A stretch of DNA of 64,000 nt, from NCBI GenBank assembly GCA_937960435.1, contig CALGPN010000003.1, forward strand, positions 128,117 to 192,116. Reading direction: 5' to 3'. Source of the DNA: an uncultured Desulfosoma sp. (GTDB lineage Bacteria > Desulfobacterota > Syntrophobacteria > Syntrophobacterales > DSM-9756). Numbering within the stretch: the stretch's first letter is position 1; every line of letters begins with the position of its first letter. The notes under the pieces were generated by a model. The model was not told the origin of the DNA. It worked only from the letters and a program-made list of their open reading frames with translations, and ran no database searches. The position numbers were made by a program, and so were the translations under genes. Shown in pieces: positions 38,851 to 51,467 of the stretch.

Positions 38851-39735
38851 ATGTTCAAGAAGAGCTTAAAAATCCTCTTGATGATCGCCTTTGTCGTCCT
38901 CTTGCCCTTTGTAGGCCTGTATCTCTGGTTGGTTGCTCCGCAATGGGACTGGACAAAGGAACCCAACCGCATCGGCGTCGTGGAAATCGAGGGTCTTTTA
39001 AGTGATGCCCGGCCGATCCTGGAATCGCTCACGGCGTTTCGCAAGGATCCCAGGGTGAAGGCCATCGTCTTGCGCGTGGAATCCCCCGGTGGCGGGGTCG
39101 GGGCGAGCCAGGAAGTGTATCGGGAGGTGCAAAGGACGGTTGCCATAAAGCCTGTGGTGGCCTCTTTGGGCGGTGTGGCGGCTTCCGGCGGCTATTACGC
39201 CTCGGCGGCGGCCTCTTACATTGTGGCCAACCCGGGGACCCTCACGGGCAGTATCGGTGTGGTGGCCCATTTGCCCAACCTGCAAGGCCTGTTCGACAAG
39301 GTGGGGTATCGCACCGTGACCATCAAGAGCGGCCAGTTCAAGGACGTGGGCAATCCCGGTCGCGAGATGAGCGAAGCCGAAAAAGCGCTCCTCCAAGAAA
39401 CCATTGAAACGATGCATGCTCAATTCGTCAAAGACGTGGCCGCAGGGCGGCGGCTCTCTCCCGAAGATGTGGGGCGGATCGCCGACGGGCGGGTTATCTC
39501 GGGCGAAAAGGCTATGGAATGGAAGCTTGTCGACGCCTTGGGGAATTTTCAGGACGCTTTGGACAAGGCGAAGGATCTGGGGCGAATCGTGGGGGAACCC
39601 CGTGTGGTCTACGCGGAAAGGGACAAAAAGAGCCTGCTTCGGCTGATCCTTGGAGCCACCGGGCTCAAGGCCTTGGATGAGGTGCTGGATCCGGCCTTGA
39701 GCCCGGTGCGTTACGAACTCGTGCTGGGCCGCTGA
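38851..39735 (+). CDS. sppA: Signal peptide peptidase SppA, short (S49) form
   Basis: VESPGG, AASGGYY, TGSIGV, KSGQFKD, ADGRV motifs; N-terminal TM. Confidence 0.93.
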   Translation: MFKKSLKILLMIAFVVLLPFVGLYLWLVAPQWDWTKEPNRIGVVEIEGLLSDARPILESLTAFRKDPRVKAIVLRVESPGGGVGASQEVYREVQRTVAIKPVVASLGGVAASGGYYASAAASYIVANPGTLTGSIGVVAHLPNLQGLFDKVGYRTVTIKSGQFKDVGNPGREMSEAEKALLQETIETMHAQFVKDVAAGRRLSPEDVGRIADGRVISGEKAMEWKLVDALGNFQDALDKAKDLGRIVGEPRVVYAERDKKSLLRLILGATGLKALDEVLDPALSPVRYELVLGR

Positions 39736-39736
39736 C

Positions 39737-40360
39737 CTATGGGGTTTGGAAAATTTCCACGTTCCCGCTGCCAACGCGAATCACTTCCGGAATGTCTTCA
39801 ATGAGGGAAATCACACTGGAAGGGCGCCCCGGAACGGGTCCGCCGTCCACGATGAGATCCAGGGAATGGCCCAGAACTTCCCGAATCTCTTGAGGCGCTT
39901 CCAGAATGCGCCCGTTTTCCGGGTCTGTGGCGCTGGTGCTGATGATGGGGTGGCCCAATTCCTTGACGATAGCGGTGCAGATGGGATGGTCCGGCACGCG
40001 AATCCCCACCGCTTTGCGTTTGGTGAGCATGATTCGAGGGACAAGCCGGGAGCCCTCCAGAATGAACGTGTAGGGACCGGGAAGAAGCCGCTTCATGGTC
40101 TTGTAGGCGTAGTTGGTCACCTGAGCGTATTCGCTGATGCTTTTCAAATCGCTGCAGATGATGCTGAAGGGCTGTTGCGGGGACCGTCTTTTCAGCTTGT
40201 AAATCTTTTCGATGGACGGCTTGTGGAACAAATCGCATCCAATCCCGTAATACGTGTCCGTAGGATAGGCGATGACACCTCCTTTGGCGAGAACTTCAAC
40301 AACCTGTTTAATCTTCCGTGGCTCGGGATTGCGGGGGTTGATTTCCAAGATCATAGGCAT
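39737..40360 (-). CDS. Sua5/YciO/YrdC family L-threonylcarbamoyladenylate synthase-like protein
   Basis: IAYPTDTYYGIGC, LPGPYTFIL, GIRVPDH, ISTSA motifs. Confidence 0.92.
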   Translation of the reverse strand: MPMILEINPRNPEPRKIKQVVEVLAKGGVIAYPTDTYYGIGCDLFHKPSIEKIYKLKRRSPQQPFSIICSDLKSISEYAQVTNYAYKTMKRLLPGPYTFILEGSRLVPRIMLTKRKAVGIRVPDHPICTAIVKELGHPIISTSATDPENGRILEAPQEIREVLGHSLDLIVDGGPVPGRPSSVISLIEDIPEVIRVGSGNVEIFQTP

Positions 40361-40469
40361 CCTCTCCTTCTTGTGGTGAAGTGCTCCGGAAGCCCTATGG
40401 CGGATTTCGGCCGACCGAGCCGATCCCCCTTAAGGATTAAGTAAACACAAAGGGAGAAAAAAAACAACG

Positions 40470-41531
40470 ATGTCCCCCGCTCCGGCTCATTGCCGCCTTG
40501 CCGGCTCGACACCCAAAGTTTACGGCGCCGTCGACATCGGATCCCACACGATCCGCGTGTTGGTGGCGGGCTGTAATCCTCAAGAGAAGATTCAACCGAT
40601 GCATCATGAACGGCATGTGACGCGGCTCGCCCAGGGATTTTCCCGGCAGGGGATGTTGACCGATGAGGCGATGGATCGAGCGGTGACGGTGGTGCGACAA
40701 GTGGCTGAGCGACTCCGGGCCTTTCCTCTTCGGGCTTTGCGCTGCGGCGCTACGGGCGTGGTGCGAAAGGCGGCAAACGGCGCGGATTTCGTCCGTCGCG
40801 TTCAGGGGCTCACAGGCTGGGATGTGTCGATTCTTAGCGAGGAACAGGAGGCCTTGCTGTCTCTTCGAGGCATGGTGAGCGTCTTGGAGCCTCCGGAAGG
40901 CCCGCTCGTGTGTTTCGACCTGGGGGGAAGCTCCACGGAGTTTGCCCTGGTGGATTGGCAATCCCGATCCCCTCTTTGGGTGGGCAGTGTTTTTGTGGGG
41001 GCGGCCACCCTCACCGAGGCGTTCTTCAAGACCGCACCGGCCGATGCGGAAAGCCTTCGGAAGGCCGCCGATCATGCGCGCCGATCCATGAGTCCCGCCG
41101 TGGAAAAGATCCTGAAAGTGCTCCAAAGCGGACCCAAAACCGCACAGAAGCCGACCCTGGCAGGGACGGCCGGGACGGTCACCACTCTGGCAGCCATGGA
41201 AGCCCGCATGGCGGAATACGTGCCGTACCGGATCAACAACCGGGTTTTGACCAGAGCGTGGGTCGCCGAAACGGTCCGATCCTTGGCGGCCATGAGCCTG
41301 GAAGAAAGACGCCGGATCGTGGGCGTGGAACCCGGTCGTGAGGACATCATCGTGGGGGGAGCGGTGATCGTGGAGCAAATTCTGGAAAGTTTCGACGCGC
41401 CTCAGATGCGGGTGACCGACGCGGGCCTGCTGGAAGGGCTTCTTTTGGACGGCGTCCGAGCCGGTGTTCCCCATAGGGCGCCGTGGAGGCCGGTCTACGG
41501 GTCTGACCGTGAACTGGAAAAGACACGTTAA
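40470..41531 (+). CDS. Ppx/GppA family phosphatase
   Basis: VDIGSHTIR, RLAQG, ATGVVR, EEQEA, DLGGSSTE, GTAGTVT, GREDIIVGG. Confidence 0.9.
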   Translation: MSPAPAHCRLAGSTPKVYGAVDIGSHTIRVLVAGCNPQEKIQPMHHERHVTRLAQGFSRQGMLTDEAMDRAVTVVRQVAERLRAFPLRALRCGATGVVRKAANGADFVRRVQGLTGWDVSILSEEQEALLSLRGMVSVLEPPEGPLVCFDLGGSSTEFALVDWQSRSPLWVGSVFVGAATLTEAFFKTAPADAESLRKAADHARRSMSPAVEKILKVLQSGPKTAQKPTLAGTAGTVTTLAAMEARMAEYVPYRINNRVLTRAWVAETVRSLAAMSLEERRRIVGVEPGREDIIVGGAVIVEQILESFDAPQMRVTDAGLLEGLLLDGVRAGVPHRAPWRPVYGSDRELEKTR

Positions 41532-43046
<1,515 letters not shown>

Positions 43047-43061
43047 AGAAACGGAGCCGCT

Positions 43062-44618
43062 ATGGATTGGCATGCTCTGCATCCGGACCGAGTCCTCATC
43101 CTGGATTTCGGGTCCCAATACACCCAGCTCATCGCACGAAGAGTGCGGGAAAGCCATGTGTACTGCGAAATCCACCCGTGCACCATGGCTCTGGAAGCGG
43201 TACTCTCTTACAGGCCCAAAGGGATCATCCTGTCCGGAGGCCCCTCCAGCGTGCACGATGCCGAAGCCCCGATGGCGCCGCGCGATCTTTTTTCCATGGG
43301 CATTCCCGTTCTCGGCATCTGCTACGGTATGCAGCTCATGGCGCACCTTCTCGGAGGCGAAGTGGAACGGGCCCAACATCGGGAATACGGCCCGGCCCTG
43401 GTCGATGTGGAGGAGCCCGCCGTGCTTTTCCAGGACATCGACCCCAAGGAGGTGCGGGTCTGGATGAGCCACGGGGACCGAATCGTCGCGCTGCCTCCCG
43501 GATTTCGCATTCTCGCCCGCAGCGCCAATTCCCCCGTGGCGGCCATGGGCGACCTGTCGCGCAAACTTTTCGGCGTCCAGTTCCATCCGGAAGTGGCCCA
43601 CACGCCCTGCGGCCGCACGCTTTTGGACAACTTCCTTTTTCATGTCTGCGGCTGTAAGCCCACATGGACCATGAAGAGCTTCGTGGACTCGGCCATTGCG
43701 GCAGTGCGCCAAAAAGTAGGCTCGGACCGGGTATTGTGCGCCTTGAGCGGCGGTGTGGATTCTTCGGTTGTGGCCGTCTTGCTGCACAAGGCCGTCGGGG
43801 ATCAGCTCCAGTGCATCTTTGTCAACAACGGCCTTTTGCGCAAGGGCGAAGCCGAAACGGTGGAACGGGTCTTTCGAGACCATTTCGAAATCAACCTGGT
43901 TTCGGTCAACGCCACGGACCTCTTCCTCAGTCGTCTCAAAGGCGTGACGGATCCGGAACAGAAACGCAAAATCATCGGGAATCTCTTTATCGAAGTTTTC
44001 GAAAAGGAAGCGGCCAAACTGCGCGGCACGCGCTACTTGGCGCAAGGGACGCTGTATCCCGACGTCATCGAAAGCGTTTCTTTCAAAGGGCCGTCGGCGA
44101 CCATCAAGACGCACCACAACGTGGGCGGCCTTCCCGAACGCATGAAACTGGAACTCATCGAACCGCTGCGGGAGCTTTTCAAAGACGAAGTCCGCCAACT
44201 GGGTCGGGAATTAGGCCTGCCGGAACGCATCATCATGCGGCATCCCTTTCCGGGGCCGGGGTTGGCCATTCGCATCATCGGCGAAGTCACGCCGGAGAGC
44301 CTCAGGATCTTGCGCCACGCCGACGCCATCGTGTTGGAAGAGTTGGAGGCGGAAAATTGGTACGATCGCGTGTGGCAGGCCTTTGCCGTCCTGCTGCCGG
44401 TCCGCTCCGTGGGTGTCATGGGGGATGAGCGCACCTATGAGCAGGTGTTGGCCATCCGAGCGGTGGAAAGTGTGGACGCGATGACCGCCGACTGGGCGCG
44501 TTTACCGTACGACCTTCTTGGGCGCCTATCCAACCGCATCATCAACGAGGTGCCCGGGGTCAACCGGGTCGTGTACGACATTTCCTCCAAACCGCCAAGC
44601 ACCATCGAATGGGAATGA
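43062..44618 (+). CDS. guaA: GMP synthase (glutamine-hydrolyzing)
   Basis: [50 protein letters not shown]. Confidence 0.98.
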   Translation: MDWHALHPDRVLILDFGSQYTQLIARRVRESHVYCEIHPCTMALEAVLSYRPKGIILSGGPSSVHDAEAPMAPRDLFSMGIPVLGICYGMQLMAHLLGGEVERAQHREYGPALVDVEEPAVLFQDIDPKEVRVWMSHGDRIVALPPGFRILARSANSPVAAMGDLSRKLFGVQFHPEVAHTPCGRTLLDNFLFHVCGCKPTWTMKSFVDSAIAAVRQKVGSDRVLCALSGGVDSSVVAVLLHKAVGDQLQCIFVNNGLLRKGEAETVERVFRDHFEINLVSVNATDLFLSRLKGVTDPEQKRKIIGNLFIEVFEKEAAKLRGTRYLAQGTLYPDVIESVSFKGPSATIKTHHNVGGLPERMKLELIEPLRELFKDEVRQLGRELGLPERIIMRHPFPGPGLAIRIIGEVTPESLRILRHADAIVLEELEAENWYDRVWQAFAVLLPVRSVGVMGDERTYEQVLAIRAVESVDAMTADWARLPYDLLGRLSNRIINEVPGVNRVVYDISSKPPSTIEWE

Positions 44619-44619
44619 C

Positions 44620-45354
44620 ATGAACGCCCGGCCGGTCCACAGGTTTTATCGAGACCGACACCGACACGGCCCCTGGCGGATCTTCCGGGTGCAGGTGGAA
44701 CAAACGGATCTGTGGGTGCGTGCCGAGACGGATCTCACCTGCAAAACCCACGACTTGGTGCTCACCTACCGGCGCCAAATCCTTGACTATAGCCGCACAT
44801 GCCCCGCGTTTCTGACAGCCTTGACTCCCCTGCCCGACGATCCCCTAGCTCCGGACATTGTCCGGCGCATGTTGCACGCCGCTCAAAGGGCTCAGGTCGG
44901 CCCCATGGCCGCCGTTGCGGGGGCCATCGCCCAGGCCGTGGCCGAAGGCCTTGGGCCCTGGACTCGGTCCGTCATCGTGGAAAACGGCGGCGACTGTTAC
45001 GCCGTGGCCGACGAAGACCTGGTGGTGGCCGTCTACCCCGGGGAAAATTCCCCCTTTCGGGACCGGTTGGCCCTCAAGCTTTGCGCCCAAGACTTGCCCG
45101 CTGCGGTCTGCACGTCCTCAGGCACCCTGGGTCACTCCTTGAGTTTCGGACGCGCTGATGCGGCCACCATTCTTTCCAAGGACGCGGCCTTGGCGGATGC
45201 CTGCGCTACGGCCTTCGGCAACCGAATCCGGAGCCGAGAAGACCTGGAACCGGCTTTGGCCTGGGTGCAGTCCGTGCCCGGCGTCCTCGGCGCCCTGGCG
45301 GTCTTTCAAGATCGCCTCGCCGCCTGGGGACGGGTCGAACTGACCGAACCCTGA
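44620..45354 (+). CDS. UPF0280/ApbE-like family protein
   Basis: VEQTDL, GPMAAVAGAIA, ENGGD, CTSSGTLGHSLSFG, DAxATAFGN. Confidence 0.88.
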   Translation: MNARPVHRFYRDRHRHGPWRIFRVQVEQTDLWVRAETDLTCKTHDLVLTYRRQILDYSRTCPAFLTALTPLPDDPLAPDIVRRMLHAAQRAQVGPMAAVAGAIAQAVAEGLGPWTRSVIVENGGDCYAVADEDLVVAVYPGENSPFRDRLALKLCAQDLPAAVCTSSGTLGHSLSFGRADAATILSKDAALADACATAFGNRIRSREDLEPALAWVQSVPGVLGALAVFQDRLAAWGRVELTEP

Positions 45355-45450
45355 GGGTCAAAAAGACCTTGTGTTTCACGGGTCCGGCTGCTATATGCTC
45401 GACTAACCACTGGTATTCAAAGCATTTTTTAAATTGGACGGCGGCGGAAC

Positions 45451-45927
45451 ATGAAAATCGCGGTGCTTTCCGACACACACCTCTCCACAGTCACTGAGGA
45501 TCTGCGCGCCTTGTGCGAGCGCTTCTGCGATTCCGCCGATTTGGTGGTCCATTTGGGGGACTGGACGGCGGCGTGTGTGTTGGATTATTTGGAGCAGTAC
45601 CGGTTGGAAGCCGTGTGCGGAAATATGGACGACATGGGAGTGCGCCTTCGACTGCCCACGAAAAAAATCATCCGGGTGGGTTCCTTTCGCATCGCCTTGA
45701 CCCACGGCTGGGGGTACGGCGTCGATCCGAGAGCGCACCTCCTTCAAGAATTTGACGGGGCCGATGCCATTCTTTTCGGGCACACCCATCGGCCTCTTGT
45801 GGAGCGGGTCGGCGAGCGGCTCCTGGTCAATCCGGGGTCGGCTTTTTCCGGCCGAGGGTCTTGGGGGCGAACTTTGGCGGTGCTCCATGTGGGAACGTCG
45901 TTGGATGCGGAAATCGTGAGGCAGTAG
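45451..45927 (+). CDS. YfcE/MJ0936-type metallophosphoesterase
   Basis: SDTH, HLGD, GNMD, THG, FGHTH, NPGS motifs. Confidence 0.92.
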   Translation: MKIAVLSDTHLSTVTEDLRALCERFCDSADLVVHLGDWTAACVLDYLEQYRLEAVCGNMDDMGVRLRLPTKKIIRVGSFRIALTHGWGYGVDPRAHLLQEFDGADAILFGHTHRPLVERVGERLLVNPGSAFSGRGSWGRTLAVLHVGTSLDAEIVRQ

Positions 45928-45937
45928 GAGCGGGATC

Positions 45938-46438
45938 ATGCGGAATTTGTGGGCGCCGTGGCGGATGGAATATATCCTGGGGAAACGAGAACCTTATTGC
46001 ATTTTTTGCCCGGAAGGCGGCGGGCTGAGCGACGAGGAACGGTTGATTCTCTATCGGGGCCGACGCACCATGGTGATGATGAACAAGTACCCGTACAATA
46101 ACGGCCATCTGCTCGTGGCGCCGTGGCGCCACGTGGGCACCCTCGAGGAGCTCACGGACGAGGAAATGACCGATCTCATCAAAAAGGTGCAGACCTGCGT
46201 GAGGATCCTGCGCCGAACCATGCGGCCCGACGGGTTCAACGTAGGGCTCAATTTGGGCGCGGCCGCAGGGGCCGGCGTGGAAAGCCATTTGCATTTTCAC
46301 GTGGTGCCCCGTTGGGAAGGGGACACCAATTTCATGACGGTCTTTGCCGATGTTCGGAGCATTCCCGAGCACTTGAGGCAAACCTACGAGAAATTGCGAC
46401 CGCATTTTGATAAGGAGAAAACGTATGAAGCTCTTTAG
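45938..46438 (+). CDS. HIT family nucleotide hydrolase
   Basis: LWAPWRMEYI, CIFC, NKYPYNNGH, HLHFHVVPRW. Confidence 0.92.
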   Translation: MRNLWAPWRMEYILGKREPYCIFCPEGGGLSDEERLILYRGRRTMVMMNKYPYNNGHLLVAPWRHVGTLEELTDEEMTDLIKKVQTCVRILRRTMRPDGFNVGLNLGAAAGAGVESHLHFHVVPRWEGDTNFMTVFADVRSIPEHLRQTYEKLRPHFDKEKTYEAL

Positions 46439-46805
46439 GCTGTTCACGACCCTTTTGCTCTTGGCGGTGATCGTGCTTTTCGTGCGGCAGAACACGGCGA
46501 CCTTTCAAAGGGAATTGGACTTCAGCCTGTATCTGTTCATCCGAGAAGATGTGCGTTGGTCTCTGAAGGTTTCCACCGTGATCTTCATCTCGGGCTTTGT
46601 AGGGCTCGTCGTGGGGTTGGGGCTCATGTTTCGTCCTTTTTATCAAACTCGGAAAGCCTTGCAGGCGGAACGATCCGAAAAAGAGCGGCTTCTGGGTGAG
46701 AGGGCCAAAGCTTCCGAAGAGGCCGATATGGTGGAACAGGTGGCCGCGGAAGGCCTCCCCCAACAAACGACCCCGGAGCACCAGCCGAGCGGCCCTCCCG
46801 CCTAA
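46425..46805 (+). CDS. LapA-like small membrane protein
   Basis: TM-QN-loop-TM-coiled-coil architecture; AAGGAG SD before ATG 46425. Confidence 0.65.
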   Translation: MKLFRLFTTLLLLAVIVLFVRQNTATFQRELDFSLYLFIREDVRWSLKVSTVIFISGFVGLVVGLGLMFRPFYQTRKALQAERSEKERLLGERAKASEEADMVEQVAAEGLPQQTTPEHQPSGPPA

Positions 46806-46826
46806 GGGCCCTACTTGAGACTCCGC

Positions 46827-49535
46827 ATGGCCATGAACAAAATCACCCCCATGATGCAGCAGTATCTGGACATCAAGGCTCAGCACCCCGAAGCCTTGCT
46901 GCTTTACCGCATGGGGGATTTTTATGAGCTTTTTTTTGAGGACGCCGTGACGGCATCCCGCGTCTTGGACATCGCCCTCACCTCCCGCGATAAGAATGCC
47001 GAAGAACCCGTCCCCATGTGCGGCGTCCCCTATCACGCGGCCGAGGGCTACATCGCGCGGCTCGTGAGCGCCGGCTACAAGGTGGCCGTCTGCGATCAGG
47101 TGGAGGATCCCAAGAAGGCGCGGGGCTTGGTGAAACGCCAGGTGACCCGGGTCATCACGCCGGGGCTGGTCGTGGAAAGCCAAAACCTCTCGGCCAAGGA
47201 TCCCAATTATCTGGCCGCCGTCGCCTGCAAAGGGAATCGGTACGGTCTGGCCTATGTGGATGTGTCGACCGGGGATTTTCAGGTCGTTGAGGTGGACTCC
47301 CGCGATGCGTTGCTGCGCGAACTGGCTCGGGTGAGCCCCAAAGAAATCCTCGTCTCGGACGATCAGCACTCCTTGGGGCTTGCAGACTTTTCGTCCGCCA
47401 ATCCCGTGGCGGTCACGGTTCTGGACGAAGCGGCCTTTGATATGGGCCGCTGTCAGGAAAGGCTGCGGGATCATTTCCGCGTTTATTCCCTGGACAGTTT
47501 CGGTATCGGCGAAAACTCTTCGGTGATTCGGGCTGCAGGGGCCATCCTGGAATATCTGCGGGCCAACCACATGGAGGCCTGCGCCCATCTGCGCACGATT
47601 ACGCCTTACAGTTCCCGTGATTTCATGGCGTTGGATGAGGCGACATTAAAAAATTTGGAAGTTCTGACCGCCGCATCGACGCTGAGCCGAAAAGGGTCCC
47701 TGCTGCACGTGCTCGATGAGACGCTCACGCCCATGGGCGCGCGGCTGCTACAGAAGTGGGTCCGATACCCTCTTGCGGACGTCCCGACCATCCGCAGGCG
47801 TCAGGATGCCGTTGCCGAACTGATCGACAAAGGGGGAGTTCGCACCCAGCTGAGGGAATTGCTGAAGCGAATGGGCGATGTGGAGCGGATTGTCGGCCGG
47901 GTGAGCGTGGGGACGGCAGGCCCTCGAGATCTCGCGGCGCTCCGCCGCTCTTTGGAAGTCCTACCGGCGGTGCGATCCCTCCTTGACGATGTGACGAGCG
48001 ATTTTCTTGTGGAATTGGCGGCAAAGTGGGATTCCGTGGAAGACGCGGCCCGGCGTATTGCCGAAACGCTCGTGGACGAGCCTCCCCATTCCCTCGCCGC
48101 AGGCGGGGTGATCCGGCGCGGCGTGGATGCAGAACTGGACCACTATACGCGTCTGGCCTTGGACGCCAAGGGGTGGATGGCCGACTATGAAGTGCAAGAG
48201 CGGGCCCGAACGGGCATCAGCTCTCTGAAGGTGCGCTACAATAAGGTCTTCGGATACTTTATCGAAGTGTCCAAAGCCAATTTGGCCCTGGTTCCCGACA
48301 ACTACGTGCGCAAACAGACTTTGGTGAATGCCGAGCGGTTCATCACTGAAGAGCTCAAGAACTTCGAAGAACAGGTGCTTCAGGCGGACGAAAGGCGCCG
48401 GGAATTGGAAGAGCGGCTCTATGAGGCGCTTCGGCTTTGGGTCGCGGAACGATCCGAGAGGATTTTGGAAGCCGGTCGGCGCGTCGCCCACCTGGACGTG
48501 TTCGCCGCTCTGGCGGAAACGGCCTGCCGTTACGGCTATTGCCGTCCGGTGGTGGACGACGGTGGAGTCATCGACATTCGGGAAGGGCGACATCCCGTCG
48601 TGGAAAGGTTTCTTTCCGACGGGGCCTTTGTGCCCAACGACGTCCGCTTGGATTCGGAATCCCAGCAGATTCTCATCATCACGGGACCGAACATGGCCGG
48701 CAAATCCACCATTTTGCGCCAAACGGCTCTTTTGGTCCTCATGGCGCAGATGGGCTCCTACATTCCCGCCTCCGAAGCCCGAATCGGCATAGTGGACCGT
48801 ATTTTTACCCGGGTGGGGGCATCCGACGACTTGGCCCGGGGACGGTCCACGTTCATGGTGGAAATGCAGGAGACCGCCAACATCCTCCATCAGGCTACGC
48901 CCAAGAGCTTGATCATTTTGGACGAAATCGGGCGAGGCACGTCCACCTTTGACGGGATGAGCCTGGCTTGGGCTGTGGCCGAATACCTCCACGACCTGGA
49001 CGGGACGGGCGTAAAAACCCTTTTCGCCACCCACTACCATGAGCTTACCGAGCTGGCGGAAAGGCTTCCTCGGGTCAAGAACTACAATGTGGCCGTCAAG
49101 GAATTCGAAACAGACATCGTTTTCTTCCATCGGCTGCTTCCCGGCGGGACGAACAAGAGCTACGGCATTCACGTGGCTCGGCTGGCCGGGCTTCCCCAAG
49201 ACGTCATCGTTCGGGCTCAGGAGATCCTGAGCCAACTGGAGTCGGGAAGCCACAAGCCCCCGGAAAGACCTAGAGATTCCGGCCGCTCGGCATCGCGGCG
49301 CAAATCTCGCGCGGGGTTTCAAATGAGTCTTTTCCAGCCGAGCATGGAATGGTTGCGGGAAGCCATCATGGGCCTGGACCTAGATCGCATGACGCCCCTT
49401 GCTGCCTTAAAAACCCTCTACGGACTGCAGGAACAGATCAAGAGGCGGCCCGCTGAAGGTTGCGCGAAGCATTGGGAGGCAGCCGGCGCCGAGGATCCCT
49501 TGCGGTGTGCCTCGATGCCGATCCCTGAAGCGTGA
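46827..49535 (+). CDS. mutS: DNA mismatch repair protein MutS
   Basis: [77 protein letters not shown]. Confidence 0.98.
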   Translation: MAMNKITPMMQQYLDIKAQHPEALLLYRMGDFYELFFEDAVTASRVLDIALTSRDKNAEEPVPMCGVPYHAAEGYIARLVSAGYKVAVCDQVEDPKKARGLVKRQVTRVITPGLVVESQNLSAKDPNYLAAVACKGNRYGLAYVDVSTGDFQVVEVDSRDALLRELARVSPKEILVSDDQHSLGLADFSSANPVAVTVLDEAAFDMGRCQERLRDHFRVYSLDSFGIGENSSVIRAAGAILEYLRANHMEACAHLRTITPYSSRDFMALDEATLKNLEVLTAASTLSRKGSLLHVLDETLTPMGARLLQKWVRYPLADVPTIRRRQDAVAELIDKGGVRTQLRELLKRMGDVERIVGRVSVGTAGPRDLAALRRSLEVLPAVRSLLDDVTSDFLVELAAKWDSVEDAARRIAETLVDEPPHSLAAGGVIRRGVDAELDHYTRLALDAKGWMADYEVQERARTGISSLKVRYNKVFGYFIEVSKANLALVPDNYVRKQTLVNAERFITEELKNFEEQVLQADERRRELEERLYEALRLWVAERSERILEAGRRVAHLDVFAALAETACRYGYCRPVVDDGGVIDIREGRHPVVERFLSDGAFVPNDVRLDSESQQILIITGPNMAGKSTILRQTALLVLMAQMGSYIPASEARIGIVDRIFTRVGASDDLARGRSTFMVEMQETANILHQATPKSLIILDEIGRGTSTFDGMSLAWAVAEYLHDLDGTGVKTLFATHYHELTELAERLPRVKNYNVAVKEFETDIVFFHRLLPGGTNKSYGIHVARLAGLPQDVIVRAQEILSQLESGSHKPPERPRDSGRSASRRKSRAGFQMSLFQPSMEWLREAIMGLDLDRMTPLAALKTLYGLQEQIKRRPAEGCAKHWEAAGAEDPLRCASMPIPEA

Positions 49536-49616
49536 GACCGCCTTGGACGCCGGATAATCTTGCGCTGGCCCACCGATTCGTGTCATTGTGACGGCGCCGG
49601 TGTGTGGAGGAGGGCC

Positions 49617-51467
49617 ATGAAGGGATCCGCGAGAAAGCCTCACGGCGTGCCATGGGGCCTCGCCCTGGTCATGATCATGGGGCTGTTGTGCTCCGTGGCG
49701 GCTCTGGGCGCCCAGGGGGACATGGAGGCCCGCTATACGGAAGCGCGCCGCGAGTATCAAAGGCTCCTGGGGCGTTTGGAGGTGCCGGAAAATCAGGCGC
49801 TGTTCCAGAAAAACATCGAGAGGTTTCAAGGGATTCTTCGGGAGGACACTCAGCGGCGCCTGGCGGACCGGTGCCTCTTCATGATTGCCCAGTCGTACCA
49901 CCACCTCTACGATGCCCGCCGCTCGGAAGAAGACCTTAAGAAAGCCCTGAATTTTTACAAACAGGTGGCCGTTCGGTTTCCCCAGAGTCCTTTGGCCGAT
50001 GACGCCCTGTTCCTGTCGGCCGTCCTCTTGGAGGGGCAGGATCCTGCCGAAGCCTACCTGGAATTTGCCAGGGTGGTCGTCTTGTTTCCCCAGGGCGATC
50101 TGACAGAGCGGGCGCGAAAAAAAGCGGAGGCCTTGGCGGCACGGTCATCCGGGAACGCGCCTCTGGCGGCGTTTCCCCAGGCGGCGCGGGATGAAAAGCC
50201 CGCCCCGTCACCGGATCCTTCCGCTGCGGGGAAAAAGGCTAAGGACACTCCGGGGCAGGCCGAGGCGCCTTCCCGTGAGGCCCCCAAGGCTGTGGTGGAA
50301 AAGATTCAGCATTGGTCCGCGGAAGAGTACTCCCGCGTGGTGGTCTATGTCAGTGGGCCCGTACACTACACTCGCACGGTTTTGCCTTCGGAGCCGAAAG
50401 AAAACCGTCCGGCTCGCATCGCTCTGAACTTAGACCGTTGCGGTGTCCAACCCAAGGTGAAGCCCAGGATCCCCATCATGGACGGTTTGCTTCGGGACGT
50501 GCGCGTGGAGTCGTCCGCCGCCGACAAAACCCGCGTGGTGCTGGATCTTCAGTCCATGGAAAGCCATCGGGTTTTCTCCTTGGCCGATCCCTTCCGGGTG
50601 GTGATCGACGTGCAAGGCAAAAGAAAGACGGAGGCGGCACCCTCCCCGGGACCGTCGGCTGCCGCAACGGCGACGCCCCCCCCGGCGCCTCAACCCAGAG
50701 CGCCTTCGGTGCGGACGGCGCCCAAGCCCATGATCAAAAAAGACATGCCCAGCATGGTGGAGCAGTTGGGACTTACGGTTCGACGCATCGTCATCGATCC
50801 CGGACACGGCGGCAAGGACAAAGGCGCTATCGGCCCCAACGGGTTGTTCGAAAAAGACGTCACCTTGGCCCTCGCCAAGCAATTGAAGAAAGTTCTGGAA
50901 AAGGAAGGTTATGAAGTCCTGCTCACTCGAGACACGGATCGATACGTGAGTCTCGAAGAGCGCACGGCCATCGCCAACACGAAAAAAGCGGACCTCTTCT
51001 TGTCCATCCACACCAACGCTCACACGGACCCGAGCCTTGGCGGGATTCAGACGTACTTTCTCAATTTTTCCAACGACAAGGAATCGGCGCGGGTGGCCGC
51101 TCTGGAAAACGCCGCCTCAGCCAAGCAGATCAGCGACCTGGAGGCCATCTTGAACGAATTGTTGCGCAACACCAAGATCAACGAATCCTCGCGGCTGGCC
51201 CGGGAGGTGCACCAAAGGCTGATGAACCGCCTGGAACCCAACCGCAAGCTGCGCGACCTCGGCGTCAAGCAGGCGCCCTTTTATGTGCTGCTCGGCGCCC
51301 AAATGCCCAGCATCCTCATTGAATCATGTTTCATTTCTAACGAAGACGAAGAGCGGCTGCTTAGGGACAGCGCTTTCCAGCGGGAATTGGTGAATGCCAT
51401 CGCCGAGGGCGTTCGATCCTATACGGGTCGGCTGGCTCAAGCGGGCCGTTCGGGGGAAGGGGCATGA
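49617..51467 (+). CDS. N-acetylmuramoyl-L-alanine amidase (TPR + AMIN + Amidase_3)
   Basis: Signal/TM, TPR-like helices, RVVLDL/RVVIDV AMIN strands, IDPGHGGKD, SIHTNA, PSILIE. Confidence 0.9.
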   Translation: MKGSARKPHGVPWGLALVMIMGLLCSVAALGAQGDMEARYTEARREYQRLLGRLEVPENQALFQKNIERFQGILREDTQRRLADRCLFMIAQSYHHLYDARRSEEDLKKALNFYKQVAVRFPQSPLADDALFLSAVLLEGQDPAEAYLEFARVVVLFPQGDLTERARKKAEALAARSSGNAPLAAFPQAARDEKPAPSPDPSAAGKKAKDTPGQAEAPSREAPKAVVEKIQHWSAEEYSRVVVYVSGPVHYTRTVLPSEPKENRPARIALNLDRCGVQPKVKPRIPIMDGLLRDVRVESSAADKTRVVLDLQSMESHRVFSLADPFRVVIDVQGKRKTEAAPSPGPSAAATATPPPAPQPRAPSVRTAPKPMIKKDMPSMVEQLGLTVRRIVIDPGHGGKDKGAIGPNGLFEKDVTLALAKQLKKVLEKEGYEVLLTRDTDRYVSLEERTAIANTKKADLFLSIHTNAHTDPSLGGIQTYFLNFSNDKESARVAALENAASAKQISDLEAILNELLRNTKINESSRLAREVHQRLMNRLEPNRKLRDLGVKQAPFYVLLGAQMPSILIESCFISNEDEERLLRDSAFQRELVNAIAEGVRSYTGRLAQAGRSGEGA